This document shows, one piece after another, positions 9,609 through 19,751 of a stretch of 64,000 nucleotides of DNA. The DNA comes from Minisyncoccota bacterium (GTDB lineage Bacteria; Patescibacteriota; Minisyncoccia; Phycocordibacterales; JAQTLZ01): the NCBI GenBank assembly GCA_028711065.1, contig JAQTSY010000003.1:1136-65135 (forward strand). Reading direction: 5' to 3'. The notes beneath the pieces were generated by a model, which was not told the DNA's origin, searched no databases, and saw nothing but the letters and a program-made list of their open reading frames with translations. Numbering within the stretch: the first letter of the stretch is position 1; every line of letters starts with the position of its first letter. The translations under genes and the position numbers were made by a program.

Positions 9609-9691
9609 GCGCCGGTCGTATAGCGGCTATTACAGGAGACTGTAAATCTCCCGACCTTTGGTCATCGTTGGTTCGAGTCCAACCCGGCGCA
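9609..9691 (+). tRNA. tRNA-Tyr (anticodon GTA) with a long variable arm.
   Basis: Acceptor gcgccgg/ccggcgc, anticodon loop ctGTAaa, T-arm gttgg-ttcgagt-ccaac. Confidence 0.85.
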
Positions 9692-9696
9692 CATGA

Positions 9697-9727
9697 GAAA
9701 AAAATCTGGACTGCTCCAGATTTTTTC
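9697..9727. terminator. Hairpin aatctgga-ctgc-tccagatt flanked by A7 and T6 runs; bidirectional terminator between tRNA-Tyr and clpB.
   Basis: Seen in the sequence. Confidence 0.55.
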
Positions 9728-9891
9728 ATACATGAGCGAGACGGAGTCATATTTTTTCAGCAGAAAAAAGAGACGAGTCAGGGTCGTGAAAATTATTTCG
9801 TGACGACAAAATAATTATTCCTGACCACAAATAAAAAATCCAAACAGGATACTGAAGCTGTAAGCTTCGAGATTCCAACCCCCAATAGAAC

Positions 9892-12582
9892 CTACTTCAC
9901 CCCCTCACCCTTAGAAACCTGAATATCAGAGACAACGCTTTTCTTTTCGCGACGCCCAACTTTTTTCACTTCAAAAATAAATTCTTTTGCTTTCATTCCA
10001 ACATACACTTCTCCGCCTTTCATAACCCCTCGGGAAATCATAAGGTTCGCAACGGGTGTCATAAGCTTGTCCTGAATAAGCCTCTTCAAAGGCCTTGCAC
10101 CATATTGCGGATTGTAACCTTCTTTCGCCAAGTATTTGAGCACATCTTCTCCGACATCAAGCTTGATCTCCTTTGCAACAAGCCTGTCTTTCACAACTCC
10201 GATCTGAATATCCACGATTTCTTTGATAGCTTCTTCGCTCAAGATATCGAAGACAATAATATCATCGAGACGATTCAAAAATTCTGGTCGGAAATGATCT
10301 TTCAAAGCTCCCTGCACTTTTGATTTAATCTCCTGATAATCGCTCTTTGCGTTTCCAGAACTAAACCCGATCTTCTGCATTTTATCGATGTAATTTGCGC
10401 CGATATTCGAAGTTAATACGATAATCGTATTCTTGAAATTCACCACGCGGCCCTTTGCATCGGTAAGTCTTCCGTTATCAAGCACCTGAAGAAGAATATT
10501 GAACACTTCAGGGTGCGCTTTCTCAATTTCATCGAAAAGGAGTATCGAATACGGTCGGTGTCGAACCATTTCAGTAACACCACCCCCCTCTTCATGTCCT
10601 ACATATCCTGGAGGCGAACCAATGATCTTTGAGACAGAATGTTTCTCCATAAATTCAGACATATCAACGCGAATGAGCGCTTTCTCGTCATCAAACATAA
10701 ATTTCGCAAGCGATTTCGTAAGCTCTGTCTTTCCGACTCCAGTAGGACCGAGGAAAATAAATGAACCGATCGGACGATTCGGATCTGCAACTCCAACACG
10801 AGAACGCTTCACTGCGTCGGAAATCTTTCGCACCGCCTCATCTTGTCCCTTTATTCTAGATTTGAGCTCCTCCTCCATACGAGCGAGCTTGCCGGCTTCT
10901 TCTTCAAGCATTCGGGTCACAGGAATTCCCGTCCATTTCGAAACAATGCCGGCTATATCATTTTCGATAATTTCTTCTTTGAGAATACGGCGTGAACTTT
11001 GCAATTTCTTGAGCCTCTTCACTTTCACCTCAAGTTCTTTTTCAAATTCAGGAATTTTGCCATAACGGATTTCCGCTGCTTTTGAAAGATCAGAATGCGC
11101 TTCTGCACTCTCCCCTTCCATACGAAGGCTCTCAAGTTCTTTCTTAATTGTCTTGATCTCGGAGATAGTTTCTTTCTCGTTTTTCCATTTAAGTTCGATC
11201 TCCGCAGTCTTTTCTTTCAGATCAGCAATTTCTTTTTGAATTTTGGCGACGCGAGATTTTGCGATCTTCGATGTTTCTGCCTCTTTTTTCAGAGCTTCTT
11301 TTTCAATTTCAAGACGCATCACTTTTCGGTGAGTTTCCTCGAGAACTGGGGGCATATCTTCAAGAGAAATTTTGAGCGAAGATGCTGCCTCATCAATAAG
11401 GTCTACCGCTTTATCAGGCAAAAATCTGTCGCTAATATATCGGCTTGAAAGATTTACCGCAGCAATAATTGCGTCATCGGTAATTCGAACGCCGTGGAAA
11501 AGTTCGTATTTTTCTTTGAGTCCCCGAAGAATTGCAATGGCATCTTCAATTGAAGGTTCGCTTACGTGCACCGGCTGAAAGCGTCTTGTAAGTGCGGGAT
11601 CTTTTTCGATATGACGAGAATATTCTTTGAGCGTCGTTGCGCCGATTGCTCGAAGCTCTCCTCGAGCCAGCGCAGGTTTTAGCATATTCGATGCATCCAT
11701 CGAGCCTTCTGCCGCACCGGCACCGACAATAGTATGAATTTCATCAATGAACAGAATAATTCTGCCTTCAGAACGCTCCACTTCTTTAATAATATTTTTG
11801 AGACGCTCTTCGAATTCTCCGCGGTACTTTGTGCCGGCAATGAGAGAACCGAGGTCAAGCGAGACGAGCTCTTTATCTTTCAAAGACTCTGGAACATCTC
11901 CAAGCGCCATTCGACTCGCAAGTCCTTCCGCAATAGCCGTCTTTCCAACTCCGGCTTCACCGATAAGCATCGGGTTATTTTTGGTTCGGCGTGACAGAAT
12001 TTGGATAATACGGGAGATTTCTGCATCACGGCCAATCACAGGATCCAATTTATTTTCCCTCGCAAGTTTTGTCAGGCTCCTTGTATATTTTGAAAGTGAT
12101 TTGAATTTCTTCGGCTGATTGACATCGGTAATTTTTGCGCTTCGAAGTTCTTCGAGCACGCGTAGTACGCCTTCTTTGTCGATTCGAAAACGGGAAAGAA
12201 TTTCTCGAGCGCTTCCCGGAACTTCAAGGATAGCGATGAAGAGGTGTTCTGTAGAAACGAATTCATCTTTAAGTCCTGCTGCAATTTTTGAAGATTTTTC
12301 GATCGCTTCAGCAAGTTCGGGGGTCAAATAGATCTGGTACGACGGAGCAACAACAGCTCCAGATTCCGGGCCTTCGATCGCTTCAATAAGAGAGTCGGAA
12401 AGAAGAAGTGTGTCTACTTCAAGTTTGTCGAGAATAGACGCGACCATACTCTCTTCCTGGAGGAGAAGAGCGGTGAGAAGATGGAGAGGATTTACGTGGT
12501 TTTGACCGCGCTCAATAGCAAGCTCGTGAGCTCTCCTGATCGCCTCCTTTGCTTTGGTTGTGAAATGATTGAATGGGGGCAT
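9892..12582 (-). CDS. clpB: AAA+ disaggregase chaperone ClpB.
   Basis: 896 aa. Clp-N domain, two Walker A/B nucleotide-binding domains ([16 protein letters not shown]) and a middle coiled coil. Confidence 0.9.
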   Translation of the reverse strand: MPPFNHFTTKAKEAIRRAHELAIERGQNHVNPLHLLTALLLQEESMVASILDKLEVDTLLLSDSLIEAIEGPESGAVVAPSYQIYLTPELAEAIEKSSKIAAGLKDEFVSTEHLFIAILEVPGSAREILSRFRIDKEGVLRVLEELRSAKITDVNQPKKFKSLSKYTRSLTKLARENKLDPVIGRDAEISRIIQILSRRTKNNPMLIGEAGVGKTAIAEGLASRMALGDVPESLKDKELVSLDLGSLIAGTKYRGEFEERLKNIIKEVERSEGRIILFIDEIHTIVGAGAAEGSMDASNMLKPALARGELRAIGATTLKEYSRHIEKDPALTRRFQPVHVSEPSIEDAIAILRGLKEKYELFHGVRITDDAIIAAVNLSSRYISDRFLPDKAVDLIDEAASSLKISLEDMPPVLEETHRKVMRLEIEKEALKKEAETSKIAKSRVAKIQKEIADLKEKTAEIELKWKNEKETISEIKTIKKELESLRMEGESAEAHSDLSKAAEIRYGKIPEFEKELEVKVKRLKKLQSSRRILKEEIIENDIAGIVSKWTGIPVTRMLEEEAGKLARMEEELKSRIKGQDEAVRKISDAVKRSRVGVADPNRPIGSFIFLGPTGVGKTELTKSLAKFMFDDEKALIRVDMSEFMEKHSVSKIIGSPPGYVGHEEGGGVTEMVRHRPYSILLFDEIEKAHPEVFNILLQVLDNGRLTDAKGRVVNFKNTIIVLTSNIGANYIDKMQKIGFSSGNAKSDYQEIKSKVQGALKDHFRPEFLNRLDDIIVFDILSEEAIKEIVDIQIGVVKDRLVAKEIKLDVGEDVLKYLAKEGYNPQYGARPLKRLIQDKLMTPVANLMISRGVMKGGEVYVGMKAKEFIFEVKKVGRREKKSVVSDIQVSKGEGVK

Positions 12583-12586
12583 TTGT

Positions 12587-12603
12587 TTAGCTTAATTAGC
12601 TTA
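12587..12603 (-). promoter_or_regulatory. Direct repeat TAAGCTAAT-TAAGCTAAA (coding strand) abutting the clpB start codon. A TTGATT-17-TATAAT promoter lies about 90 nt upstream. Candidate heat-shock operator.
   Basis: Repeat and promoter hexamers seen in the sequence. There is no Shine-Dalgarno sequence between the repeat and the ATG. Confidence 0.3.
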
Positions 12604-12730
12604 TAGATCTTAGGAAGAACTGAATATTTACATACATTATGCCGTATATGCCATACCTATCTTACGTATTATAGTGTGCAAAGGGGTGCAAATCAAATTT
12701 AGCCGTTTTTCCTCAGCAAACTAAGAGAAA

Positions 12731-13546
12731 TTAGTTCGAGGAGGGAGGAATTTCCGACTTTATCAAATTTATCGGAGTGTAGCTGCTTCTCGAGGAGGTG
12801 CCGTCGCCCAAGAGGTGAATACCGATGATTTCTCCGGAGAGGTTCAAAAGATAGTAGCCAGAAGCAGAATCTGCTGCATTCAAATTTGTTTTTATAAGAG
12901 AAGGAATCTGGGGCACTGTTTTTGCTTTTTCTGCGTCAGGATTATTCATCATGGAAACGCCAGAAATCACTCCAACGCCGACAACATTTCCCGCCTCTCC
13001 CGCTCCTAAAGATATGACCGTTTGTCCAAGACGAATAGTGTCTGAATTAGAAAGTTTTGCCGGAGTGAAAACATATTTGTCTTTGACGTTATCTCCTGCG
13101 GTTTTAAATATTGATACGGACTTCCCTGTCGTCTGCATCGCAAGGATTGGATAGGATTTTCCATCAGAAAAAACCGCGCTTAATTTTCTGTTCGGATCAA
13201 AAGCTACGCTGTCGGAGAGAATAATGCCCTCTTTTGAAACGACAATTCCAAGCTGTGAAAAGCTCTGTATATCTGCATCCTTTATCTGTACAAGACTTTT
13301 TGAATTCCGGTTCACGGCTGAGACGATCAGATCTTCATCCGTAACGGGGACTTCTTTCGTTATAATTGTCGGTTCACCCGGCACGACTTTTTCAACTGTT
13401 GTCTGTATGACTTTGTTAATTGTCTGGGTGACACCGGGCGGAGCCTGGTCAAGAAGTGAAACTGTCACGATACCAGTCGCGATCGAGGTAATAAAACTCA
13501 CGAGAAGGGTGAGGAGAATAATTTGGGATTTGGTCAGTTCTTCCAT
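12731..13546 (-). CDS. Membrane-anchored trypsin-like (HtrA-type S1C) domain protein. Catalytic Ser motif present (DSASG); His and Asp not evident. Possibly an inactive protease.
   Basis: The C-terminal barrel aligns with HtrA (GQTVISLG..., NAADSASGYYLLNLSGEIIGI). N-terminal transmembrane helix. Confidence 0.4.
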   Translation of the reverse strand: MEELTKSQIILLTLLVSFITSIATGIVTVSLLDQAPPGVTQTINKVIQTTVEKVVPGEPTIITKEVPVTDEDLIVSAVNRNSKSLVQIKDADIQSFSQLGIVVSKEGIILSDSVAFDPNRKLSAVFSDGKSYPILAMQTTGKSVSIFKTAGDNVKDKYVFTPAKLSNSDTIRLGQTVISLGAGEAGNVVGVGVISGVSMMNNPDAEKAKTVPQIPSLIKTNLNAADSASGYYLLNLSGEIIGIHLLGDGTSSRSSYTPINLIKSEIPPSSN

Positions 13547-13578
13547 TTATCCTAATGATAGCAGTTTTCTTTGAAATT

Positions 13579-14736
13579 TCAATTTAAAGCTTTTGGAAGA
13601 ATTTTAAGAACTTTATCAAGTTCTGCTTTTGTTGTGCCTCTTCCTAGAGTAAATCGTAATGACGAGCTCTTGCATCGTTCTTTCTCCGGCAATGCGCCGA
13701 TAACATACGAAGAAGGATTTTCGGAGAGATTGTTGCAGGCACTTGCCGATGCGCAAGCAATTCCCGCCTCATCGAGTTTGATGACGGCAAATTCTGCATC
13801 AAGATTTTGAAAACAAATATTTACGTTGTTCGACAGACGTTTTTCCAGATCGCCATTAAGCGAGGCTTTGGGGAATTTCTTCAAAATCCCCGAAATTAAA
13901 TAATCTCGTAAACCCGTGAGGCGGGAAAATTCGCTTAGGCGAATTTTCCCGCAGATCTCCACCGCTTTCCCCATCCCTACAATTCCCGGAACATTTTCAG
14001 TTCCCGATCGAATCCCGCCTTCCTGCCCCCCGCCAAAAAGAATCGGTTCAATTGAAATTTCTTTTTTCTTATACAAAACCCCAACTCCTTTTGGCCCATA
14101 GATTTTTGAGCCATCGAGCGTCATCATTGAGATACCAAGAGAATCCACTTTAAGTGGTAAATAATTCGCCGCTTGTGATGCATCAGTGTGAAAAGCAATT
14201 TTTACTCCAGAATCTTTTGAAAACTGCCGGATGACCCGAGCAATTTCCGAAATCGGTTGAATTGTACCAATTTCATTATTCGCGTACATAATTGTTACAA
14301 GGACAGTATTTTTCTTCAGAGCTTTTTTTATTTCCTTCGCCTCGACAATTCCATTTTCTCTAACTGAAACATAAGTCACCTCTCCCCCTTCGCGCTCGAT
14401 TTGTTTACAGACTTCGAGAACCGAAGGATGCTCGATTACTGTCGTAATGACATGTGGTTTAGCAATTTTCTTTTTTGCGGAGCGGAAAACTCCGAGCAAT
14501 GCCGTATTATTTGCTTCAGTTCCAGAAGATGTGAAAATAATTTCTTCCGCCCGCACACCAAGCTCATTCCCAATAATTTTCCTTGCCCCCATCACAGCCT
14601 TTTTTGCAGAAACTCCTTCAACGTAGAGAGACGAAGGATTTTCAAAATTCTCGGAGAGAAACGGCTCCATAGCCCTCAAAACCTCCTTGTCTAAGGGAGT
14701 TGTTGAAGCGTAATCAAGATATATGCGCTTTTTAAC
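13579..14736 (-). CDS. Cysteine desulfurase (NifS/IscS family, class V aminotransferase).
   Basis: Strong family pattern (IYLDYASTTP..., PLP-lysine region). The start is probably MVKKRIY rather than the ORF-track start. Confidence 0.85.
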   Translation of the reverse strand, partial: VKKRIYLDYASTTPLDKEVLRAMEPFLSENFENPSSLYVEGVSAKKAVMGARKIIGNELGVRAEEIIFTSSGTEANNTALLGVFRSAKKKIAKPHVITTVIEHPSVLEVCKQIEREGGEVTYVSVRENGIVEAKEIKKALKKNTVLVTIMYANNEIGTIQPISEIARVIRQFSKDSGVKIAFHTDASQAANYLPLKVDSLGISMMTLDGSKIYGPKGVGVLYKKKEISIEPILFGGGQEGGIRSGTENVPGIVGMGKAVEICGKIRLSEFSRLTGLRDYLISGILKKFPKASLNGDLEKRLSNNVNICFQNLDAEFAVIKLDEAGIACASASACNNLSENPSSYVIGALPEKERCKSSSLRFTLGRGTTKAELDKVLKILPKALN

Positions 14737-14845
14737 CATTGCCGCACAATATAGCAAGAAGCTGTCAATTTTCCCAATTTTCTGTATAATTCCCTCCTAT
14801 ACGTGAACGCTATCGCGATGACGAAAAAACACTTAAATACCTGCC

Positions 14846-16348
14846 ATGAAGCCCGAAAAGAACAACACCATAGTTCGCCCGCCTGTTATTGCAATAATGG
14901 GTCATATTGACCACGGCAAATCAACTCTCCTCGATTACATTCGTAAATCAAATATCGTAGATAAAGAAGCTGGTGGAATCACCCAGCATGTCGGTGCGTA
15001 TGAAGTAGTCCATAAAACTGCCGACGGTAAAGAAAGTAAAATTACTTTCCTCGACACACCGGGACACGCGGCTTTCACCGGCATCCGTTCTCGCGGAGTG
15101 CGCGTGGCAGATATCGCTGTGCTTGTCGTCTCTGCAGAAGACGGAGTGAAAGCGCAAACTATTGAAGCGCTCAAAACAATTCAAGCTGAAGAAATTCCTT
15201 TTATTGTCGCGATTACAAAAATCGACAAGCCAAATGCAAATATAGAGATGGCAAAGCAGAGCATGGCTACGAATGAAATCTATGTCGAAGGTTACGGCGG
15301 TTCTATCCCCTGCGTTGCTATTTCCGCAAAGACTGGAGAAGGTGTTCCGGAGCTTTTGGACATGATGCTCCTCGTATCCGAAATGGAAGAATTGAAGACT
15401 GACACTTCAAAGCCAGCAGAAGGGGTTGTGCTCGAAAGCAATCTTGATCCGAAAAAAGGAATCTCTGCAACGCTCATCCTTACCGATGGCACATTAAAAT
15501 CCGGTTCGTTCGTCGTCTCTGGCAAAAGCACAGCGCCTGTGCGAATCATGGAAAATTTTGCCGGTGTGAAAATTACGGAAGCAATGGCTCCCTCCCCTGT
15601 AAAAATTATCGGCTGGAGTGAGATGCCTCAAATTGGAGAGCTTTTCAAAACCGTAGAAAATAAAAAAGAAGCGGAAAGTTTGGCTTTAACATTCAAAGAA
15701 AAAGCAGATGCGACTCCGGAGAAAAAAGAAGAAGCTACTGATAGATTAGAAATTCCCCTCGTCGTAAAAGCAGACGTGTCGGGAAGTCTTGAAGCTATTC
15801 AAAGTGAAATCGCCAAAATCCCACAAGAGAAAGTGAAATTAAAAATTATTCAATGCGGAATCGGTACCATTTCCGAGAGCGATGTGAAAGTTGCAAACGG
15901 AAGTGTGGGGTCAATTCTCATTGGCTTCAGCGTGAAGATTGATTCTCAAGCGGAGAGCCTTCGAGAGAGACTGGGAGTACAGATGCAGATGTTCGACATT
16001 ATTTACAAACTCGTCGAATATCTCGAAGAAACCGTAAAAACACGGACACCGAAAGTAATGACGGAAGAAGCGACTGGCCGAGCGAAAATTATGAAAACTT
16101 TCAGCCGAAACAAAGACCGACAAATCGTTGGAGGAAAAGTAGAAACGGGTGAAATTAAAACTGGAAAAGAGGTAAAAATTCTTCGCCGAGATGTTGAGAT
16201 CGGCCGAGGGCGAATCAAAGAACTTCAGCAACAGAAAGCCAAGGCGACAGAAATCCGAGAAGGATATGAATTCGGCGCTGATATTGAGGCGAAAATTGAG
16301 ATCGCTCCGGGAGATCGAGTTGAATGTTTTGACGTGGTAGAAAAATAA
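14846..16348 (+). CDS. infB: Translation initiation factor IF-2, short form.
   Basis: G domain [20 protein letters not shown], and the C-terminal IF2 domains. Confidence 0.9.
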   Translation: MKPEKNNTIVRPPVIAIMGHIDHGKSTLLDYIRKSNIVDKEAGGITQHVGAYEVVHKTADGKESKITFLDTPGHAAFTGIRSRGVRVADIAVLVVSAEDGVKAQTIEALKTIQAEEIPFIVAITKIDKPNANIEMAKQSMATNEIYVEGYGGSIPCVAISAKTGEGVPELLDMMLLVSEMEELKTDTSKPAEGVVLESNLDPKKGISATLILTDGTLKSGSFVVSGKSTAPVRIMENFAGVKITEAMAPSPVKIIGWSEMPQIGELFKTVENKKEAESLALTFKEKADATPEKKEEATDRLEIPLVVKADVSGSLEAIQSEIAKIPQEKVKLKIIQCGIGTISESDVKVANGSVGSILIGFSVKIDSQAESLRERLGVQMQMFDIIYKLVEYLEETVKTRTPKVMTEEATGRAKIMKTFSRNKDRQIVGGKVETGEIKTGKEVKILRRDVEIGRGRIKELQQQKAKATEIREGYEFGADIEAKIEIAPGDRVECFDVVEK

Positions 16349-16354
16349 GCAAAT

Positions 16355-16681
16355 ATGGCTGAATTTCGAGACGAAAAAATCATAGCAATTATCAAAGAAG
16401 CGGCAGCACAATTTCTTGCGCAAGAGTCCACTCGTGCTTCCCTTCTCACTGTCACAAAGGTAGTGCTCTCAATAGATGGAAAACAAGCGACTATCTTCTT
16501 CACCGCCTTCCCAACAGAAAAAGAAGAAACGGCGCTCCTTTTTGCAAAGCGAAAACGAAAAGAGTTTCAAGAATATATGCGGGAAAAAACTTCCCTCGGC
16601 CGAATGCCCTTATTCGACTTTGCAATCGATGAAGGTGAAAAGAATCGCCAAAAAATAGATTCTCTGTCGCAAAAAATCTAA
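16355..16681 (+). CDS. rbfA: Ribosome-binding factor A.
   Basis: Size, KH-like pattern (SLLTVTKVVLSIDGKQATIFFT), and position immediately after infB. Confidence 0.7.
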   Translation: MAEFRDEKIIAIIKEAAAQFLAQESTRASLLTVTKVVLSIDGKQATIFFTAFPTEKEETALLFAKRKRKEFQEYMREKTSLGRMPLFDFAIDEGEKNRQKIDSLSQKI

Positions 16682-16722
16682 AAAATGCTACACTAAACGG
16701 GTCATTATTTGAAGAAAGTAAT

Positions 16723-16794
16723 GGCCACGTAGCCAAGTGGTAAGGCAGAGATCTGCAAAATCTCTATGCGGCGGTTCAATTCCGCCCGTGGCCT
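16723..16794 (+). tRNA. tRNA-Cys (anticodon GCA).
   Basis: Acceptor ggccacg/cgtggcc, anticodon loop ctGCAaa. Confidence 0.85.
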
Positions 16795-16936
16795 CCGGAC
16801 ACGAACTCGCGCCTGCGCGCGAGTGTGGCGGAATTGAAAGGGTTTTCGATGTTTTCGAAAAGCTTTGCTTTAAGAAAACCGAAAACCACCTGGCGACGTG
16901 GTCGCCAATTCCCAGCCTCGTGGCCCTTGTATAATT

Positions 16937-17025
16937 GCCCGGGTGGCGAAATTGGTAGACGCAGAGGACTTAAAATCCTCGGCCCCTTAAAAGGCATGCC
17001 GGTTCGAGTCCGGCCCTGGGCACCA
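16937..17025 (+). tRNA. tRNA-Leu (anticodon TAA), class II with a long variable arm and an encoded CCA end.
   Basis: Acceptor gcccggg/cctgggc, loop ctTAAaa, T-arm ccgg-ttcgagt-ccgg, 3' ...gcacca. Confidence 0.85.
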
Positions 17026-17217
17026 CAATTGTCAGAACGCTTTTTTTCTGTTATTGTTTTTGAGTTTCCAGGATTGTGTATGGTCACGGATATTTTGTCT
17101 GCCGTCGCAAACAAAATTCCTCGACCCCGCCTCACCTATTTTTCTTCTTAGAAAAATATGGTTCCGGCTTGCACAAGTCCACAAAAACTTAAAGCAGTTT
17201 AAGTTTTTAGGCATTAT

Positions 17218-17290
17218 GCACCCATAGCTCAGCTGGTAGAGCAGATCCCTCTTAAGGATAAGGTCGAAGGTTCGATCCCTTCTGGGTGCA
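17218..17290 (+). tRNA. tRNA-Lys (anticodon CTT).
   Basis: Acceptor gcaccca/tgggtgc, anticodon loop ctCTTaa, T-arm gaagg-ttcgatc-ccttc. Confidence 0.8.
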
Positions 17291-17344
17291 CAGAAAATTT
17301 TGAAGAAATTTTCAGGCACCCAAGCAAAGCGCGGGGCGCTTTGC

Positions 17345-17445
17345 GGGAAGGGATCGAAGCCCCGATGAGCAGATTTTTAAGTTCGTAATCGAACGTAAAA
17401 AATCTCCATCGGGGATACTGGTCGTGTAACGACCGATACCCCAGG
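17345..17445 (+). ncRNA. Structured RNA-like element A (three-way junction): long hairpin ccccgatg...catcgggg, hairpin ggtcg-UGUAA-cgacc, and an outer stem. Unknown family.
   Basis: Stems identified by hand. It is paralogous to element B (17614..17716), and the two show compensatory stem changes. Confidence 0.35.
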
Positions 17446-17461
17446 TGCCTCAATAAACAAT

Positions 17462-17543
17462 GCCGGGGTGGCGAAATTGGCAGACGCACTTGCCTTAGGA
17501 GCAAGCGGAGTAATCCATGGAGGTTCAAGTCCTCTCCCCGGCA
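17462..17543 (+). tRNA. tRNA-Leu (anticodon TAG), class II.
   Basis: Acceptor gccgggg/ccccggc, loop ctTAGga, long variable arm. Confidence 0.85.
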
Positions 17544-17550
17544 CAAAATG

Positions 17551-17579
17551 AAAAAACCAGCTTGTGCTGGTTTTTTCAT
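17551..17579 (+). terminator. Intrinsic terminator aaaaaaccagc-ttgt-gctggtttttt ending the tRNA array.
   Basis: Hairpin plus T-tract. Confidence 0.65.
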
Positions 17580-17613
17580 TTTGGCACAGGAGTAAGTGCC
17601 AAAGGGCACTTAC

Positions 17614-17716
17614 GGGAGAGGACTTGAAGCCCGATTGAGCATTTTTTCTAGCTTTACTAAGCGAAGAAAAAATCCAATCGGGGTACTGCTCCTGTAAGGA
17701 GAAAGATTCTCTCCCC
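17614..17716 (+). ncRNA. Structured RNA-like element B: outer stem gggagag/ctctccc, hairpin cccgattg...caatcggg, hairpin ctcc-UGUA-aggag. Paralogue of element A.
   Basis: Shares the core GAAGCCCCGAUGAGCA...AUCGGGGUACUG with A, and stems differ by compensatory pairs (agattttt/aaaaatct versus attttttct/agaaaaaat). Confidence 0.35.
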
Positions 17717-17893
17717 CGGCTTCAACAAAATCGAAAAGTACCGGGCGTAGCCGACAAGTCCTCAATTTATTTATCATTGACTTTCCCCATCAAATATGGT
17801 AATGTCCGGCCAGGGATTGTTCCCTGACATTGTTTTAGTAAGCTTTCCTTCGAACTTCACATTGGCCACAGAGCCAGAAAGACGAGGTGTAAG

Positions 17894-19183
17894 ATGGTTT
17901 TCATCCTTTGGATTGTTTCGCTCGCAGCGAACGCTGGGCTCTTGTGGCTCAACTGGCACTATCTCCATCCGCTTGGAGAATGGTACGAAAAGTCGGCACT
18001 CATCGCACAGGCCTGCTTCATTTTTGTAAGCCTCGGTGATGTAGACATCACAGAGCGAGCAGGAGTACTTTTGTTCGGCTGGCCATTCTTTGAGATCGGC
18101 CCTGGAAAATATCTCGGACTCTGGGGAATCCTTTCTTTTCGGAAGGTCCCCAAGTCAATCGTGTCCCTGATTTTTCCCGATCCAGCCAAGGTCTCCTTCG
18201 ATCATAAGAAGGCAAATGTGGTCGCCGCTGGCAAAGAAATGCCGATTCGGACAACACACTTGGGGATACTGGATACAAGAGACCCGCTTGAAGTATCCAT
18301 GACCACAGAACCAGAAGTCCAAATGCGCTTTATCATTAAAGAGGGAGAAGTGCTCGCATTTCTCTCTGCATTTGGAAGTATCAAAAAATTCTACACGCAG
18401 ATGAGGGGTGTCATTGAGACGAGACTCAACATTGAGTGTCCGCTTAAGACCCTGCGGGCAATCATGATGAATCAACTGCTACTCAACTTACGTCTCAAGG
18501 AAGAGGTTCAGAAAACGATCGACAACACCTCGGGTGGCATTGTCAAAGCGATGCGTATCCTGACACTTCTCGACGTGTCCGTCACGAGCTTCGACAAAGG
18601 ACACGCCCTCAACCTTAGTCTCCGCAAGATGGGAGAAGGAGTGGGAGCCGCAAACGTTATCCACTCCGAAGGCAAGGCGAAAAATGAAGTCGAGCTTGAA
18701 CGTCTGGAATACATTGCGAAAGGAAACAGGGCCCAGCTTATGGCTGAAGTCGATGCGGAAGAGGCATCGGCAAAACGGGTCATGAACACCAAGGGTGGTC
18801 GGCGAGCAGCAGAGTTAGGAACCATCACCAAGATTGCTGGAGAAATCTATAAAAATGCGCAAGTTGCGGTGGTCTCCAACGATCTAGGTTCAAGCCTCAC
18901 TGGGGCATCTGCAGCGCTCGGTATCCTCGGCAAGCTCGAGGGTAAATTAACTCCACCTGACAAAGTCCATAAGGAAGGTGGAGATGGTCATGGACATGAC
19001 AAGACGAAAGATGGGAAGGGCGACGGGAAGCACAAGAAGAAAACTGACAAGGACAAAAAGGGTGGCGGTGGTGGTCCGGGTGAACACGCTGCCCCAAAGC
19101 CCGGCGACGCGACTGCTAAGCCTGACGAGAAAGCGCACGGCGCAGCAGATCCAGGCCACGGAACCCCGCCGACAGGTCACTAA
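17894..19183 (+). CDS. SPFH/band-7 (flotillin-like) membrane protein with a flotillin-type Ala/Glu repeat region and a Lys/His/Gly-rich C-terminal tail. GC-rich.
   Basis: N-terminal transmembrane helix. SPFH-like block (PGKYLGLWGILSFRKVP...), AE-repeat (AQLMAEVDAEEASAKRV), and tail GHGHDKTKDGKGDGKHKKK. Own TTGACT-17-TAATGT promoter and GAGGTG Shine-Dalgarno sequence. Confidence 0.65.
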   Translation: MVFILWIVSLAANAGLLWLNWHYLHPLGEWYEKSALIAQACFIFVSLGDVDITERAGVLLFGWPFFEIGPGKYLGLWGILSFRKVPKSIVSLIFPDPAKVSFDHKKANVVAAGKEMPIRTTHLGILDTRDPLEVSMTTEPEVQMRFIIKEGEVLAFLSAFGSIKKFYTQMRGVIETRLNIECPLKTLRAIMMNQLLLNLRLKEEVQKTIDNTSGGIVKAMRILTLLDVSVTSFDKGHALNLSLRKMGEGVGAANVIHSEGKAKNEVELERLEYIAKGNRAQLMAEVDAEEASAKRVMNTKGGRRAAELGTITKIAGEIYKNAQVAVVSNDLGSSLTGASAALGILGKLEGKLTPPDKVHKEGGDGHGHDKTKDGKGDGKHKKKTDKDKKGGGGGPGEHAAPKPGDATAKPDEKAHGAADPGHGTPPTGH

Positions 19184-19397
19184 ACTAAAACAAGACAGAA
19201 ACTCTATAGTACGCGAGCCATCAGTGAAATTATCTGGTGGCTCATTTTTTATGCTAAAAATCCCTTTTTTACGTTGAAAAATAAAGCTTTTTTTGAACAA
19301 GTCTTCCTTGACTTATACTTATTAATATGTTATCATAGGAACTAGTCAAAGAGTAAATTGTCAGTTTCACATTCGAAACCAACGGAGGATTGGACAC

Positions 19398-19736
19398 ATG
19401 GGTACAAACGTCGTTTGGATCGTGATCATCATCGTGGTGATCGCAGTAATCGTGAAGGTCATCCCTCGCGCAGGTGCGGGAGTAAGCTGGTGGAGCAGTT
19501 TCAAGGATCCCATCTGGAAGTTCCTCGTGAGCGACTGGAAAAAGCCTTCAATCGCACGCAGAACATTCTTAGGATTGGTATTCCTCTGCGCCGCAGTGTG
19601 GCTGGCTGACCCAGAAGATGTCCGGGCCATGCCGCCGAGCACCAAGCTACGAGCTGTTCTGTTTCTCTTTTCCCTTTTGTTTTGTAGCATTCTCGTGAAT
19701 GCGGCATTAGGGAAAAATGAGACAAAGGATCACTAA
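19398..19736 (+). CDS. Small multi-transmembrane membrane protein, island gene 2.
   Basis: ORF with a TTGACT-17-TATCAT promoter and GGAGG ribosome-binding site. Hydrophobic segments. Confidence 0.45.
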   Translation: MGTNVVWIVIIIVVIAVIVKVIPRAGAGVSWWSSFKDPIWKFLVSDWKKPSIARRTFLGLVFLCAAVWLADPEDVRAMPPSTKLRAVLFLFSLLFCSILVNAALGKNETKDH

Positions 19737-19751
19737 CGAAAGGAGTCGGGC

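Noticed and set aside
16776-17609. Several 95-126 aa ORFs overlapping the tRNA array.
   Set aside because: They overlap five well-folding tRNA genes and the structured repeats, so they are almost certainly spurious.
17345-17716. Hammerhead ribozyme interpretation of elements A and B (a GAUGAG-like core and three helices).
   Set aside because: The core is CCGAUGAG or CCGAUUGAG, not the invariant CUGAUGA, and the junction strand lengths do not fit.
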